Positions 44,533 through 57,997 of a stretch of 64,000 nucleotides of DNA are shown here, piece after piece. Source of the stretch: Macrostomum lignano (Eukaryota); contig NIVC01001344.1 of NCBI GenBank assembly GCA_002269645.1, positions 172,908 to 236,907 of the forward strand. Reading direction: 5' to 3'. The stretch's first letter is position 1, and each line of letters starts with the position of its first letter. Below the pieces are notes generated by a model that was given only the letters and a program-made list of their open reading frames with translations, was not told the origin of the DNA and did no database searches. The translations under genes were made by a program, and so were the position numbers.

Positions 44533-44791
44533 AGTATAAGTTAATAGATATACACATAATTGACAATGCTCAATAAGTGATCTGAGACAATATTGTCTGA
44601 TTTAAAATGTATAGAAAAAACCTACTCACAATTAATATCTAGCATGCTATAGTCTTTTTAAATTTGAAATATATATATTTGCATAGAAGTTTTTGCAAAC
44701 TACTAATCAAGAAATTTAGCATTAGCATATAGTCTTTAATGAAAATAGTACTTTTTCTGGCTTAGGAAGATTAATTGGTTGACTTGTCAAA

Positions 44792-45420
44792 TCTCTACCT
44801 ATAAAAATCAAAACTCTGTCTGTCTGTCTGTCTGTGGACAAATTACTTCGCTATGGACTCCCAAACCGCTCAACCAAATGACACCAAACTTTACACCCAC
44901 CCTAAACTTACTACGGAGAATGTCTTAGGCTACCTTTTAATTTCCTAGACTCAAGTCTTCCTACCTAAAAGTACAAAAAACTGCTCAAAATGCGCGATTT
45001 TTTCACTAAATCCTCCATAGCGCCGCTCCACTTCTACCGATTCTCTTCAAATTTAACACAGGCAATTTTCAACTATTTTGACACAATCGTGTAAAATTTC
45101 AAATCTCAAAGTTAATCCTGAGCGGTGCTGTGCACTTTTAAAGTTAGGCTGTTTTTTTCAGCGTAGCAACCACCCCAACCTCCGCCCGCCTGCCTCTCTT
45201 TCCCGATCTGGGCCCAGATGTGTAAAAGGGTTTCAAAATTGACTAACTTTCAGCTGCCATAAGTTTGCTTCACATAAAGCGATTGACTTCAAACTTGACA
45301 CAATTCTTCATTGACCCATTCACTATCTAAATATAAAGTTTCAACTCTGTAACTCAATCGAAAAAGAAACTATAAGCATGTGAAGTTTGTCTGCTTTTTC
45401 TGTTGTTTGTGCCACTCACT
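44792..45420 (+). mobile_element. Non-autonomous Helitron-like (Lep1/HINE-type) element carrying (CTGT)n
   Basis: A|TCTCTACCTATAAAAATC start, then (CTGT)n, AACCGCT..CCAAACTT and TAGGCTAC.TTT motifs. The 3' end is not resolved. Confidence 0.5.
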
Positions 45421-45989
45421 CACTCATTCCCCCAGAGCCAGACGAAGGGTTAGGCGATAGGACTGAATGTACATAGCAAATGTACAGTGTTTTGGAATAA
45501 CTTTTTAATAGCCTTCTCTGCACCCCGACAGTTTAGTGAGAAATTCTAACCACTGCCCTCTGTATTGGCAAACTCTGCAGCAGTTTAACAGTGGATGGCA
45601 AATCGAGGGAATCCAGCATGGTTTGTAAAAGCAAAAGATTTATGAAAAGGCGATGCGATGCAATGCAATACAACCCTACTAAATTAGTCACACCATGAAA
45701 ATTTTAGGTTTTTCTTAAAAGTACTTTAAATTTTAAATGTCCTAAGAAATGCATATTTCCTTGGTTGTTAGACTGATGCAGACTGCAGTGGAGCTGAAAA
45801 TACACAAATTCCTTTCAGGACTACAAATTGGCAAGAAAGATGACATGATCAAAGCATGAGAACAACCATGAGAGTACTACGTCCCACAAACTGGCTTTCC
45901 AAGCAGGAATGGGCAGACTTACTTCAAAAGCCAGATAAAGAATCCAGTATCCAGCTTATGTGCGGGCCAGATAGATGAGAGTGGAAAGG

Positions 45990-46753
45990 AGAAGGAATAG
46001 ACTATTAGAAGAGAGGAGAGGCGAGAGGGGGATATGAGAAAACATGGAATATAAGAGGAGAGACAAGTGGTGAGGAGAGAGCAGAGAAGAAGGGAGGAAG
46101 AAGCGAGAGGAGGGGAGAAAGGAGGGAGAGGAGAGAGTAAAGGTGAGAAGAGGGGAGAGATGAGACAGAGGATCGATGAGAGGAGAGGAGAGAAGAGTGA
46201 GAAGAGAGTAGAGATAAGAGAGCAGAAAGAATATGACAGAGGGTCAAGAGGAGAGGAGAGATTAGAGAGGAGAGTAGAAAGGATAGAAAAGAGAGGAGAT
46301 AAGAGGGGGAGAGAAGGGGTGAGAAGAGAAGAGATAGAGATAAGAGAGTAAAGGGAAGAGGAGGAGAGAGGAAAAGATGAGATTGTAGAGATGAGACAGA
46401 TGAAAGAAGAGATGAGAGATGAAAAAGGTGAGAGGAGAGTGCAGAGAGACGAGAGAAGATAATAGATGAGAGAGAGAGTATAGAAGAGGGAAGATAAAAG
46501 AAGAGAGGAGTAAGGAAAGAGAGGAGTCAGAAGAGGTGAAAGAGAAGAGTACAGAGGAGATAAGTGAGAGAACGTATAAGAGAGTAAAGATGACAGATGA
46601 GAGAGCAGATGAACAGACGAGAGATGGGAGAGTACAGAGAACAGAGGAGAGATAAGAGAGAAGAGATTACAGAGACTAGAGGAGAGACAGGGAGAGAGAA
46701 GAGGAAATAAGAGAATGAAGAGGGGAGAGAGTAGAGAGGAAAAGAGAGATTGG

Positions 46754-46808
<55 letters not shown>

Positions 46809-47290
46809 CAGAGCATATAGAAACGAGAAGAGATAAGAGAGAAAAGATAAAAGAAGAGAAAGGAGAGATGAAAGAGCAGACGAGAGAGAAGAGAGGTGAG
46901 GGAAGAGACGAGCGACGAGGGGAGAGAGAAGATATAAAACAAGAAAAGAGATGAGAGGAAAGAGAGAGGGAAGAGGTGAGGGAAGAGACGAGAGAAGAGG
47001 GGAGGGATGAGAGAGAGAGAGAGGAAAGAGTTAAGAGAAGAGAGAAAAGAATAGAGAGGAGAAGGAAGAGACGAGAGAAAAGGGGGAGAGAGGAGAGAGG
47101 AGAGGAGGGAGAAAACGAAAGAGTAGAGAGGAGAGAGGAGAGCAGAGAGAAAACGAAAAGTAGAAAGGAGAGAGGAGAGGAGAGAGAAAAGAATAGGGAA
47201 GAGAGATGATACAGAAGAGAGATGAGGGAAGATACAAGAGAAGAGAGGAGAGAGGAGAGACGAGGGATGAGAGAGAAGAAAGGAAAGAAA
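45990..47290. repeat. 1.3-kb aperiodic purine-rich (A/G) tract including (GA)n
   Basis: The plus strand is almost all A and G. Confidence 0.92.
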
Positions 47291-50200
47291 CGATAGAAAT
47301 TTTAAAGGATCCAAGGGACATAGGTCACATAGGGAGAGTCAGGGAGAGGCCAGAGTTTGCCAATACATGTTTTAGAGTCAGACAGACATTGCCTGGCATT
47401 CTGTGGAGTACCCCAGCAAACAATATCAATGTTTGCCTCGAACCCTAATTTTACACGAATGTGCTCCATTTTATGTCTACCTCTATCCACTAACTATTAA
47501 CAAGTTTTTGTTTGTGTATGGCCTTAGATTTCAGAATACACGCAAAAGTAGTTCCGGGTATTGGAATTCCCCGGGTTCAAAATCCGCGGGTTTCAACAGC
47601 TTGTCAATTATTAAATGAAAATAAATTTTAACTTTAGGCTTGAAAATAAAAAATTAACAATTTGTTTTTATAATTTTAATTAAATATAACAATAGTAAGC
47701 CTTCTAAAATATTTTTAGAGAAAGAAAAATTTTTTAGAAAATTAAATCTATATAATAACTAAATAAATACATATATTTAACCAATAGTTAGCTGCAGCTG
47801 CAGGAATATATATGTGAGTGCTTAACTCGTATCTATTAAATTGATTGCCTTTTTCTTTTCTCTACTCTTTTTTCTCTTTTCTTTTTCCTTTTCCTTTTTT
47901 CTTCCCTTTTTCTTCTTTTTTTCTTTTAGCTTTCATTGGTGGCAAAGGCTAGGGGCTTTCTTATTGCCATTATTTATCTTAGAACACCATACTATCCCAA
48001 CAACAACATATGGGGCATAAAAATCTACTTAGTCCTTGACAATGAAGAACTTAAGAGCTTCCTTTGTATTAAGTGAAAATACTTATCCTAATTTAATCAA
48101 GCCCCAATACTATCCCAAGTATAATATGTATATGGCACCAAAAATCTATTGCACAAGTCCTTTACCCCAAGGATGTAAAAGCTCATTTTACTAAATGTTG
48201 AAACTAGCAGAATACATTCATTTTCTAATTCTATTATTCTACCCATATTTATCATATCAATGGCTCTAATAATCTTCCAAGTCTTTAGTCTTCCAAAGTT
48301 TTCTAGGATTTTGAAAATATAGTTCTAGGCTTATTACCTAAATGTTAATTTTACTGCTTTGTTACTTTTAATATTACTTATTGTATTTATAAGGTAAAGC
48401 TGCTTTTTTATTTGCTACTTTAGCTCTATTTGTTTTTTATTTGCTACCTTTGAGATGGAGTTTGAGATGGGTGTCACAAAAGCAATTTGTCACAAATGAC
48501 TATTTGCTACTAAAACATTGGTCATTAAAACAACAAGTTGCCAAAAGCCAAAACATATCTCATACCTCATCTATACCTCAATATTAGAGGTCAAACAAGC
48601 ACAAATTTTTGGTTGAGCTGAGTATTAAGTCAAGACAGTGCTTATATTGAGGAGTTAAAAAATGTCAAGCAAGTAATTTGCTTTTTTATGCAGCATTTTC
48701 TATAGCCACATTGTTATAGTGTTATTTTATACAAAGATTTATATAAATATATTGTACCATAACAATTGTCAATAAGAATAATTATTACAATTGTTAAAAA
48801 AGGGAAAATACCATGCTGAAATTTCATTGCTATATAGATATTTTCTACATTGAAGGGTATATATATATATTTTAATATGTATTTTTACTTTTATTGGCCT
48901 ATTATTAAGTGGAAATTTTGGAAAGCTATTAATGTTCTGCTATGAGAGGGGTCTATGTGCTATAGCCATAGCCATAAGCAAAACTATAGCTTATTATAAT
49001 TTTCTATATTCTGTAGCCATAGGGACCCCAATATTATATTACTACGAGTGGAACTTCTCCTTTGGAGGAGAAAGGAGAAGAACTTTCATCACTGGAATTC
49101 CATTCCCTGAAATATCCATCAACTGAAATTCCATGTCTTGAACCCTATCTTCCAAATCGTCTCCAAATTCTTTACAAAACCTTTCAAAGACCATAGCTCA
49201 AAGACTCTTACGTCTCTCATATCTCTTCTCTCCTCTCTTCACTATTATTGTGATTCTCTCTTCTCTCTCTTCTCTCTTTTCATTTTTCTCTTTACTCTCT
49301 TCTCTGACTGATTGAAGATGCCAAATCCATCAAGATCCTCTCCGCGAAGCAGAAATCTTGTCTGTGCAACTGAAGACCATTGAAATCCTCTCCGCGAAAC
49401 AGAAATCCTCTCTGTGAAACTGAACATCATTGAAATGATCTCTTTTAAACTGGACTCAATAGAAATTTTCTCCGTCAAAAAGAAAGAAATATCAGGATTC
49501 ATTGGTTAGGGTTATTGTTAGGGTTAGGGTTAGAGCTACACACAGCTGCATGTCCAAATAAAGAATTCAACCAATTGAATCAATTGATTGCGCAACCGAT
49601 TTCTCAGTCAGTCAGTATCTGTCTCAGTTAAAGTTAACAAAAAGATTGTGCAATCTAAATCAACCCTCCAGTACACAGAGGCCGACCCCTTTTCAATACG
49701 CAGTGGCAGTTAGAAATAGAACCCCCAACTTTTGGGGGTCGGTCGAATACCCATTGAACCAAATAATGAGTATAATCTTTGCAGAAAGCTAAAAGTATAG
49801 AAATAGCTTTTTTGATACTGTGCTTTTAGTCTTCATATTTAAAGCAAACAATTTATATCCTCGAACTTAGCATTGCAAGATCTTTTTCAGCAGTATAAGT
49901 CTCTTCTCTTAAAGTTTAAAACTCGAAGAGCAGTTAGCATTTGAAACTGTCTGATTTATAGCATTGAAGTATTGAGTGTACATTCACTGCCTGCTTGCAA
50001 GTTGATGCATTGAATTTCAATGTCCAACAAATACACAGGGCTGCCCATTGAGAGGCAAGAAAACTTATCAGTAGCCATATCATTGCGCAATTATCTATAC
50101 AGTCAGCCAGTAAGCCAGGGTCCAAGTGTACACATGCAGCCACTGAGAACACTCCCACCCCCCACTGGAGAGAAATACACTACAGAGATAGGAAAAAGTT

Positions 50201-50299
50201 GTGGAGCAATCACAAAACATTGATGCATTTTTCAGCTCCGAGCAGAAAAAGGAGACAAATAAGATTATCAAAGGTCAAGATTCAAGTTTTCTGCTTTTT

Positions 50300-50470
50300 T
50301 GAGGATCTTAGAAATTAAAATTTCAGAATTAAAATAGCCTATAGCCGACCTCGGATAATTTCCAATCTTCCCATATAAGTTTCAATGCTGAGTTGCCACT
50401 ATTCAAGGAGGAGTTGTCGAAATGACAGACAGACAGACAAACAACACGTGAACTTTAGTATATGTAGAGA
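50300..50470 (-). mobile_element. Helitron-like element 5' end with (TCTG)n
   Basis: Minus strand TCTCTACATATACTAAAG..TTTGTCTGTCTGTCTG..ATAGGCTATTTT, same layout as the element at 44792. Confidence 0.45.
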
Positions 50471-51379
50471 AGAAGAAAGATACAGATAGTTCCCATAGCT
50501 ATAGTTTTAACAAGTCTTGAAAACAAAATATTTTGAATCAAGAAGATAACAGGGTGCTTAAACAACTAAAAATTGAGATAGAAAATAAAACAAACACTCA
50601 ATTGCCTTTGAAAGACTATATTTTATCTTTTTACAAAGAGTAACAATACTTAATCATTATTAAAAGTACCTAATGCTAGACTTTTTCATATTGATAAAAG
50701 TTAGAGTTTGCTAGCATTTCATTGTACTTTATTAGGTATAATCTATAAGTTTCTAAGTCTATAATATAGTTTACCAAAATATGTTTTATTCCAGGCCCTT
50801 ACTTGTTTCTATATTTTTTTTAAATTAATAACTATGGCTATGGAAATCTATGGAATGCAATAACAATTATCATATTTCCATAGTTGTAGCCATAAGAGCA
50901 GCTATCTAACATAGGCATATCTATAGGGTAACTGGTCATTTGGCCCATAAACCATTTTGGCCATAGATATTTATCCCTATACCATTTTGCCCACAGACCA
51001 TTTTGATCATAGACTATTTTGTTCATAGACTATTTTGGCAATGGACTAATTCAAAACTTTATAGTTTTAAACTCTGTGCTTTGATTTTCAATTTCAATAT
51101 TGGTGACAAATCTTATTCTTTTAGTTTTTCTGGCTTTACCTTGCTATAACTGAAACCTTTTCTCATCCTCAACTATTCAAATTGGCTTTAATTGTCACAC
51201 TTTTGAAAGGAATTTTTTTTAAAAAACTTGTAATATTTCACAATCATAATAAACAAAATTGCAAAAACACAATTGTTGTAGCAAAAATTTAGATCATAGT
51301 TTTTTACATATCATATATACTATCTAAATATACTAAATCTTTATTATTTATTTATATGCTTGAATGTCCATAATGCTCT

Positions 51380-53165
51380 AGTCCTATATACTAAAAATGA
51401 AAATCTTGCTTGCTTGCATGCTTATATGAAATCAATTATCTCCTAAAAGGCTTGACCGATTTTCTTTGAACTTGCACTATTAGTCTGTTTGTTTAAAGAG
51501 AAATTTTTCCATGACAATATATGCATTGAAAAAAAAGATGCATATATGGCTGTATCTCTAAATTACATAATCATCATTTTGGCTGAAATGCTTATTGCCA
51601 AACTGGGTTATAGGCAAAACAGACTATGGGCAAAATGGTCTAGGGGCAAAATGTCCATGGCTGAGACAATTTAAGGGCAAAACAACCAGAATTCATCCAT
51701 AGTTGTCATAGGCACTAATTTTATTATATTTGGTATAAGATCTTATAGCCATAGCCATAGCTATGGCTGAATATTAGCTAGAAGCTATTAGGGGCCCTTA
51801 GCAATCTAGTGCAGCCCCCCTTTGGGATGCCCAATAAGAAAAGAGCAAAAATAGTTCATGGAAAACAATTAATAAAGCACATTTTTAAGAACTAATTCTT
51901 TCTTCACTTTTAAAAATCACCTTATTTGTGTAAAATTGTCACAGACAAAGATGTTTGCTATGAATCACTTTTTCTGTAAAATTAACAAACAGACAACAAA
52001 ATATAGCTTCCCCTAATAAGAAAATATTCATTAATATTAGAAAATATTAAATATTAGAAAGCATCCCCCCAGATAGCAAGCACCTCCCCTCCAAAAGTAA
52101 GTAACTATAGATAGCAAGCATCCCTTAATGCTCATAGCAAGCATCACCCCAGATAGCAAGCATCTGCAGATAGCAAGCATTCCCCAGATAGCAAACATCC
52201 ACCTAGATAGCAAGCATCATCCCAGATAGCAAGTATACCAAGTGCAGTAATTCTTGGCTTATCAAGTGCAATAATACTTGTTTTATCAAGTGCAGTAATC
52301 CTTGGTTTATCATCGCAGTAATCCTTGGCTTATCAAGTGCAATAATATTTAGTATATCAAGTGCAGTAATCCTTGGCTTATCAAGTGCAATAATCCTTGG
52401 TTTATCAAGTGCAATAATCCTTGGTTTAAGTGCAATAATCTTTGGTTTAGCAAGCACCATAATCCAGGCCTTTTTAATTAGTCCTTTAATAAAAGCTATT
52501 AGGCCTAATAAAAAATTATGCTACTTTTATTTTTTAATACACTACTTAGATTCAAACCCAGGTTGCTGTATTAGTAGTCTAGTGTGTTCACATCTAGGCT
52601 AGCTCTCATTGAATTTATAAATGAATTTGTAGCACTTACAACTAAAAGGCAACACTCACACTAAGTCAATTGAGTAAAAATCACACAAAGCAGTTATGAC
52701 ATAATCATTTTCTCAGCCAGTCAATATTAGTCTTAGTTAAAGTTGACAATATGGTTACGCAATATAAATCATGCTATGCTTTGCTATGCTTTCACACTGC
52801 GTTTTCAATACTGTGACACAATTCAAATCAGTGTCAAAATTTAGCCAGTATATAGACTAAATAAATAAAAAGCCTAGTGTGATGCAATCTATTTCAGAAT
52901 CAGAATTCAACCAGTCAGTTTTTTCTCTAGCAGTCTTACAATGAATTTCAAGTCGAAAGAGCTGCTTGAACTTTGCAAAAAAGCATGTTTTTTTTTTAAT
53001 ATTTAATCCCTTTAGCATTGAGCAATTTCTTAGCCACGATGCATATACCCTCACGGAAAAAAATTCTAATTAAACAGTGCAAGTTTGAAGAAAATCGGTT
53101 CAGATGTTTTTGCTAAAATTGATTGCATACCTAGATACTGACAGACCATTTTTAGTATATGGATA
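51380..53165. mobile_element. Two related Helitron-like 5' fragments in inverted orientation (about 51380-51530 on +, about 53010-53165 on -)
   Basis: Both contain ATATACTAAAAATG...AATCAATT...ACCGATTTTCTTYRAACTTGCAC. Confidence 0.55.
52060..52460. repeat. Short repeats (CCCAGATAGCAAGCAT) followed by 24-bp (TTATCAAGTGCARTAATCCTTGGY)n
   Basis: Read directly. Confidence 0.8.
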
Positions 53166-54254
53166 TATCTAGAATATCCCTAAGCATGGAGCCAAGGATA
53201 TAGCAGCTATATTTTTAATCCAAAATTATATATTTTAGCAATGTCCCTAAACTAAACTAAAATTAACTCAATGTATCAATTGTTGTGATATAATAGCTTT
53301 AATGCTATATTCCTTCCCTAAGTTTTGCATTATTTTATATTCATTTTTTGGATCTGGCCTGTCCCTGTCTTTAGAAGATATAGCATTTACCAAAGTTATT
53401 TGGCATAGAGTGTTGTTATAATTAGAGGATAAAATAGAGAAGTGGTTATTTAGGAGGTTCTAAATAGGAAAATGTGTGTAAGGCCAGTAAGGGAAGAGAT
53501 AATTAGTTTGTTAGGCCTATAAGTTACATGTGCATATAGCCATTATAGGGTAGGCCTATGTTAAGATAGTTAAGTTTTACTCGAGTTTGTAAGTAAAGTT
53601 TTTAAGAAAAGGTCCTTTATTGTTGTAACTGCAAAAAAGGTGCCTTATGGTTGTAACTGCGATCGGTGACGGTATCAGTGTGCATAGGCCAACTTGGCGT
53701 CGGCGTGCATTGCCATTGGTTCTAAGCATTCTGGCGTGCACGCAGCATGATCTGGACTATGGGGATTTTGAATAGCCCAAATTAACTTACTGAATAAGAC
53801 TTAAGAAAATGAATTAAAGAATGACTGTGATAATTAACAATACTTATTATTACTTATTCTTAATATTCTGATCTCGACCTAAGCTAAGGCCCAAGGGCAC
53901 AGATCTTGGTCTGGAAATTGTATCGACTAATTTCGAACTTCTAATATTCTGCTTTACAAAAATGTATAACTTTTCCGATTCAATATCAATAGGATTCACA
54001 TACGATAGCAACTAACTTACAATGCTTGACCACTACCGCTTGACTAGTGCGGGTTAGGCCTAATTATGGACTCGGACGCGGCAACTTGGGGACACGCTTT
54101 TTTAAAATTGTTGTGACTGTAACAGGGTATAACAAAGTTAAAAAAAATACTTTTTTGGTCTCTTTAAGATCAAATTGTTAAGTAAAATTTTTGAGGAAAA
54201 AACTTCATTATAACTCTAAGCCTAGTTGCTCTTACAATAGTTTGAGCAACACGA

Positions 54255-54261
54255 GTTAGTC

Positions 54262-54292
<31 letters not shown>

Positions 54293-54358
54293 CAGTTAGT
54301 TAGTTAGTTAGTTAATTAGTTAGTTAGATAGTTAGTTTGTTTGCTTGTTTGTTTGTTA
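54255..54358. repeat. (TTAG)n grading into (TTTG)n
   Basis: Read directly. Confidence 0.85.
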
Positions 54359-56874
54359 AAGCTATAAAGCCGGTGGGATCAGATAGATATCTTAGATCGG
54401 TTTGCAGCCGTCCGTAGAGCAGGCAGGTGTAAGTGATTTTGGGTTCGAAAAATTTCCAAAATATCTTGTCGGACAACAACCTACGCTTCAATCATCCCTT
54501 TGTCACCATTCCGTCCCTTCAGGCCGGTACTTGCTTATCCAATTCACAGCGATGTCCGCGCGATGCGGCCCTTGAAGCACATACATACATCAGCATTCGC
54601 GTAGCAAGTTTTAACGAGGTAATCCTCGTCTCCATATTGTCCCCCGCTAATCATATTGGCTTGGTCACGTAGCACCTTTAGAGCACTATAGCTAATAAAT
54701 TTTCCCACCTGACCAGCTCTCCACAGACGGTACCAACTGGACTCGATGTGCTCGATGTGCCCCCTAACCGGCTCCGTTCAAAACGAACCCAGGTGCCTTG
54801 TCTGCCCCATCCGCTTATCGAATCGTGTGAGATCCCACACTTGGATGAACCACACTCTTTTCTTTCGTCCAAACACATGTACATGTATAATGTACATGTT
54901 GTATGGTATTTTTAATGCCGACACAAACTTGACGTCATCACAGCCATCGTGATACACACATATGTAGCCGAATCGAAGAGATTAAACAAATTAAAAAAGT
55001 TACAATTTTTTTTGTTAAAAGTACAAAAACGATTTATTGCCAAGCAGAAGCAGTAAAACAAAGAGTATATTAACGCAAAACAGTCAAAAAGAAAATCTTA
55101 ACACAACACTATATTACCGAAATCAGTCGCGAAAACAAAGTTAAAATTGCTTTCCGCAACTTAGCTGGCCGGCCAAAACGTTCGATAAGATTAGCTGAAA
55201 GGAAACGAAAAGTTCAAATCAATATTTTTACAAAGCAAATTAAGGATGAAAGTTGAATTACAGAATGAGTAAGGCGACAGACTTTAATCCGATTTTACAG
55301 CAGAATCATCATTTAGCAAGCAGTCGGCACTTTTCAATTAAACAGTATTATACAGTATATGCTTCAAGGGAAACAGAGTTTAGTCTATATTACAAGTGCT
55401 GCACCGTTAGATCGCATTATTAATTAAGACATAACATTAGTAACAATTATTACTATACAAGACAAAAGTGAATCATTTGATAGGAATTCAAATTAACTAC
55501 TGAAAACATCGTGTATTGTTCTAAGGCAGTAGAAATGATTAATTACAATACCATTTTCAGCACTTATTAGCTTGCATGATATAAGTGGAGTCTCATTGAC
55601 TGTTATAAGAATATTATGAGCAATGCAATACTGGGTCGCAATGAGGCGCAAACGAAATTCTAATTATTACAAGTAAATTGACAGTTTGCGAATAGTTCGA
55701 TGCAAACTGTATAAACCGGGTTGGAATAGCAATTAAATTGGTTGATTATTAATTAATGAGCAAATGAAGGTATTAGGGAGAACGAGGCTCTTATTGAAGA
55801 CTTTGATAGCAAGGGGACTTTACAGAAGTTAAGAGTGTTTTTAAATGACTTTCTTGCAAAACTTCGTCTAACCCACAGATACTAAAATGACTAAATGGGC
55901 CACTCAGGCATATACTTAGTAAAACAGCTTTCTACTTCATGTCAGTAGCAAAGAAGAATACATAAGCTATTTTATAAAAATAAAGGCAGCTTAAACGACT
56001 TTGATAAGTTTAGAAGCCCAAGCTTGCAGGCGTAAACAACTTGCTAATTGGTTCAGCTCAGCAATAATGTACATTGGCCAGTCCACTGGAATGTACATGG
56101 CGGCTTTAGGCTGGAATTCCGAGAAAGGCAATAAAAATTGGGGCGGGGCGGGGGCAGTGTGGAAAGGCGCGGTTGGAGGGTTTAAGCTGGGGGTCAGGGC
56201 CAATAAATGAGCCTTGGCTTTAAAATACATTAAAATGCTTCCGTTTAACTTGCTACTGAACTGAAAGTAGCTTACACGCAAATGTGCTGAGTAGCCCATC
56301 TAGTAATTCTAGTATCGATATCTGTGGTCTAACCATGCGCAATTCTGCTTAACTTTCAGCACTGAGTTAGTCAAGTCAACAAGCTGTGAGGAAAAAATTG
56401 ACAACAGCAATGTGAATTTCCTTAATATTTGTCACTTGTCTATGGCCAAACTCCACTGGATGTCTCACTGGAAATAAACGACTTTTTTTCTGAGGGACGC
56501 CAACCATAGATCGCTGTTTCTCGTCACTTGTGCGAAAAAAGCCGACATGGGATGCTTAAATTTTGAGTTCAGTAGCTTAAGGACATAGACGCTATTTTTT
56601 GAGAATGTGATCGAAATTTTCATGAATTAAAAAAATAGCTACTCAATCAAACTAAGAATGATGCATGCACTGCACAGACTACTGACGACATTGAGTTCAG
56701 TAGTTATGGTTTTCGCGCTGTCGCGAGTTGCAAATTTTTTCTTATAAGCTTTTATGGCCACATAAATGGTTAACGAGTGGCCCATCATGTGTATATATAT
56801 ATGATCTTGGGGCCAACAAATGAAAGCACGTGACTTGCCCAGAGCAAATTTTCCATCTATTATATTTTCATATA

Positions 56875-57170
56875 TTAATAATAATAGTAATATCTGCAGG
56901 ACGGTTACTGGCACCCTGGCGTAATGCCTTCAAAGACATCGTCCCACAGCCAGCGCTGACGGCAATTCTGCCCATTCCACTGACTCCTGAGCACAATACA
57001 AGGCCGCTAATACTGTACGCAGTCACAGCACTCACACACACGCTCACACAGGGTGTACAGCGGCCATGACTTTCTAATCGTCAGGCATGTACACTCTGCC
57101 TTGGGAGCTGAATTTTGAACCAGGGGTCGCGGCGCGAGAGTCGGACGCGTCTATCGCTGAGCTTTATCTT
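56875..57170 (-). mobile_element. tRNA-derived SINE
   Basis: Minus strand has an A-box-like AGCTCAGCGATAGA (57163-57150) and a B-box-like GGTTCAAAATTC (57121-57110), then a ~200-bp unrelated body and a (TAT)n tail. It does not fold as a full tRNA. Confidence 0.55.
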
Positions 57171-57261
57171 AGCAAAAATAACCACTCTAATCAGGTTAGC
57201 CAACCATTAAATTAGACGTTTTTATGCGCACTTCTTTATGAGCAATCAGAATCCGCGCCCT

Positions 57262-57631
57262 TTACACAGCAGGCCTGCGCTGATAAACGCACATTGGCAC
57301 GCCGCCAACCATAGGCGGAGCCGCGGCGGTTGCCGTCGACGTGGACGATGGTGCGGAGCCAGAGGCGGCGGTGGCGGCTTTGGCAATGTCGAACACCTCT
57401 AGCAGGAGGGGGTCGACCTCGGCCGGATTGACGTGCAGCAGGAGACGGCCGTGACCGCCAGCCAGGTCGTGCAGCTCCTCCATTGCCGACAGAATCCGGG
57501 GCAGCAGGCGTCGTGCTTCGGTGAAGCCGCAGCGGCCTTCTAAGTAGTGCTTCAGCAGGCAGATGTATCTGGGTGAATGGGTCAACCCAATTGCCAACAT
57601 TACACGCACGAGCCTATTAATGGGACTATAA

Positions 57632-57686
<55 letters not shown>

Positions 57687-57729
57687 GGCAGGCAGACAGA
57701 CAGACAGACAGACAGTCAGACAGACAGTC

Positions 57730-57770
<41 letters not shown>

Positions 57771-57773
57771 GTC

Positions 57774-57810
<37 letters not shown>

Positions 57811-57957
57811 GTCAGACAGACAGACAGACAGTCAGACAGACAGACAGACAGACAGACAGTCAGACAGACAGACAGACAGTCAGACAGACAGTCAGACAGA
57901 CAGACAGACAGACAGACAGACAGTCAGACAGACAGACAGACAGACAGACAGACAGTC

Positions 57958-57997
<40 letters not shown>

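Noticed and set aside
45990-47321. Glu/Arg-rich and Leu/Ser-rich ORFs
   Set aside because: Artefacts of the purine tract.
49071-49096. 16-nt identity to the start of the GFP coding sequence (AAAGGAGAAGAACTTT)
   Set aside because: The similarity stops immediately and there is no GFP frame; chance match in purine-rich DNA.
49505-49532. TTAGGG telomeric repeats
   Set aside because: Only about 3-4 interrupted units; too short to indicate a telomere or fusion site.
57105-57170. Third tRNA gene
   Set aside because: Only A- and B-box-like remnants, with no acceptor stem or terminator; treated as a SINE head.
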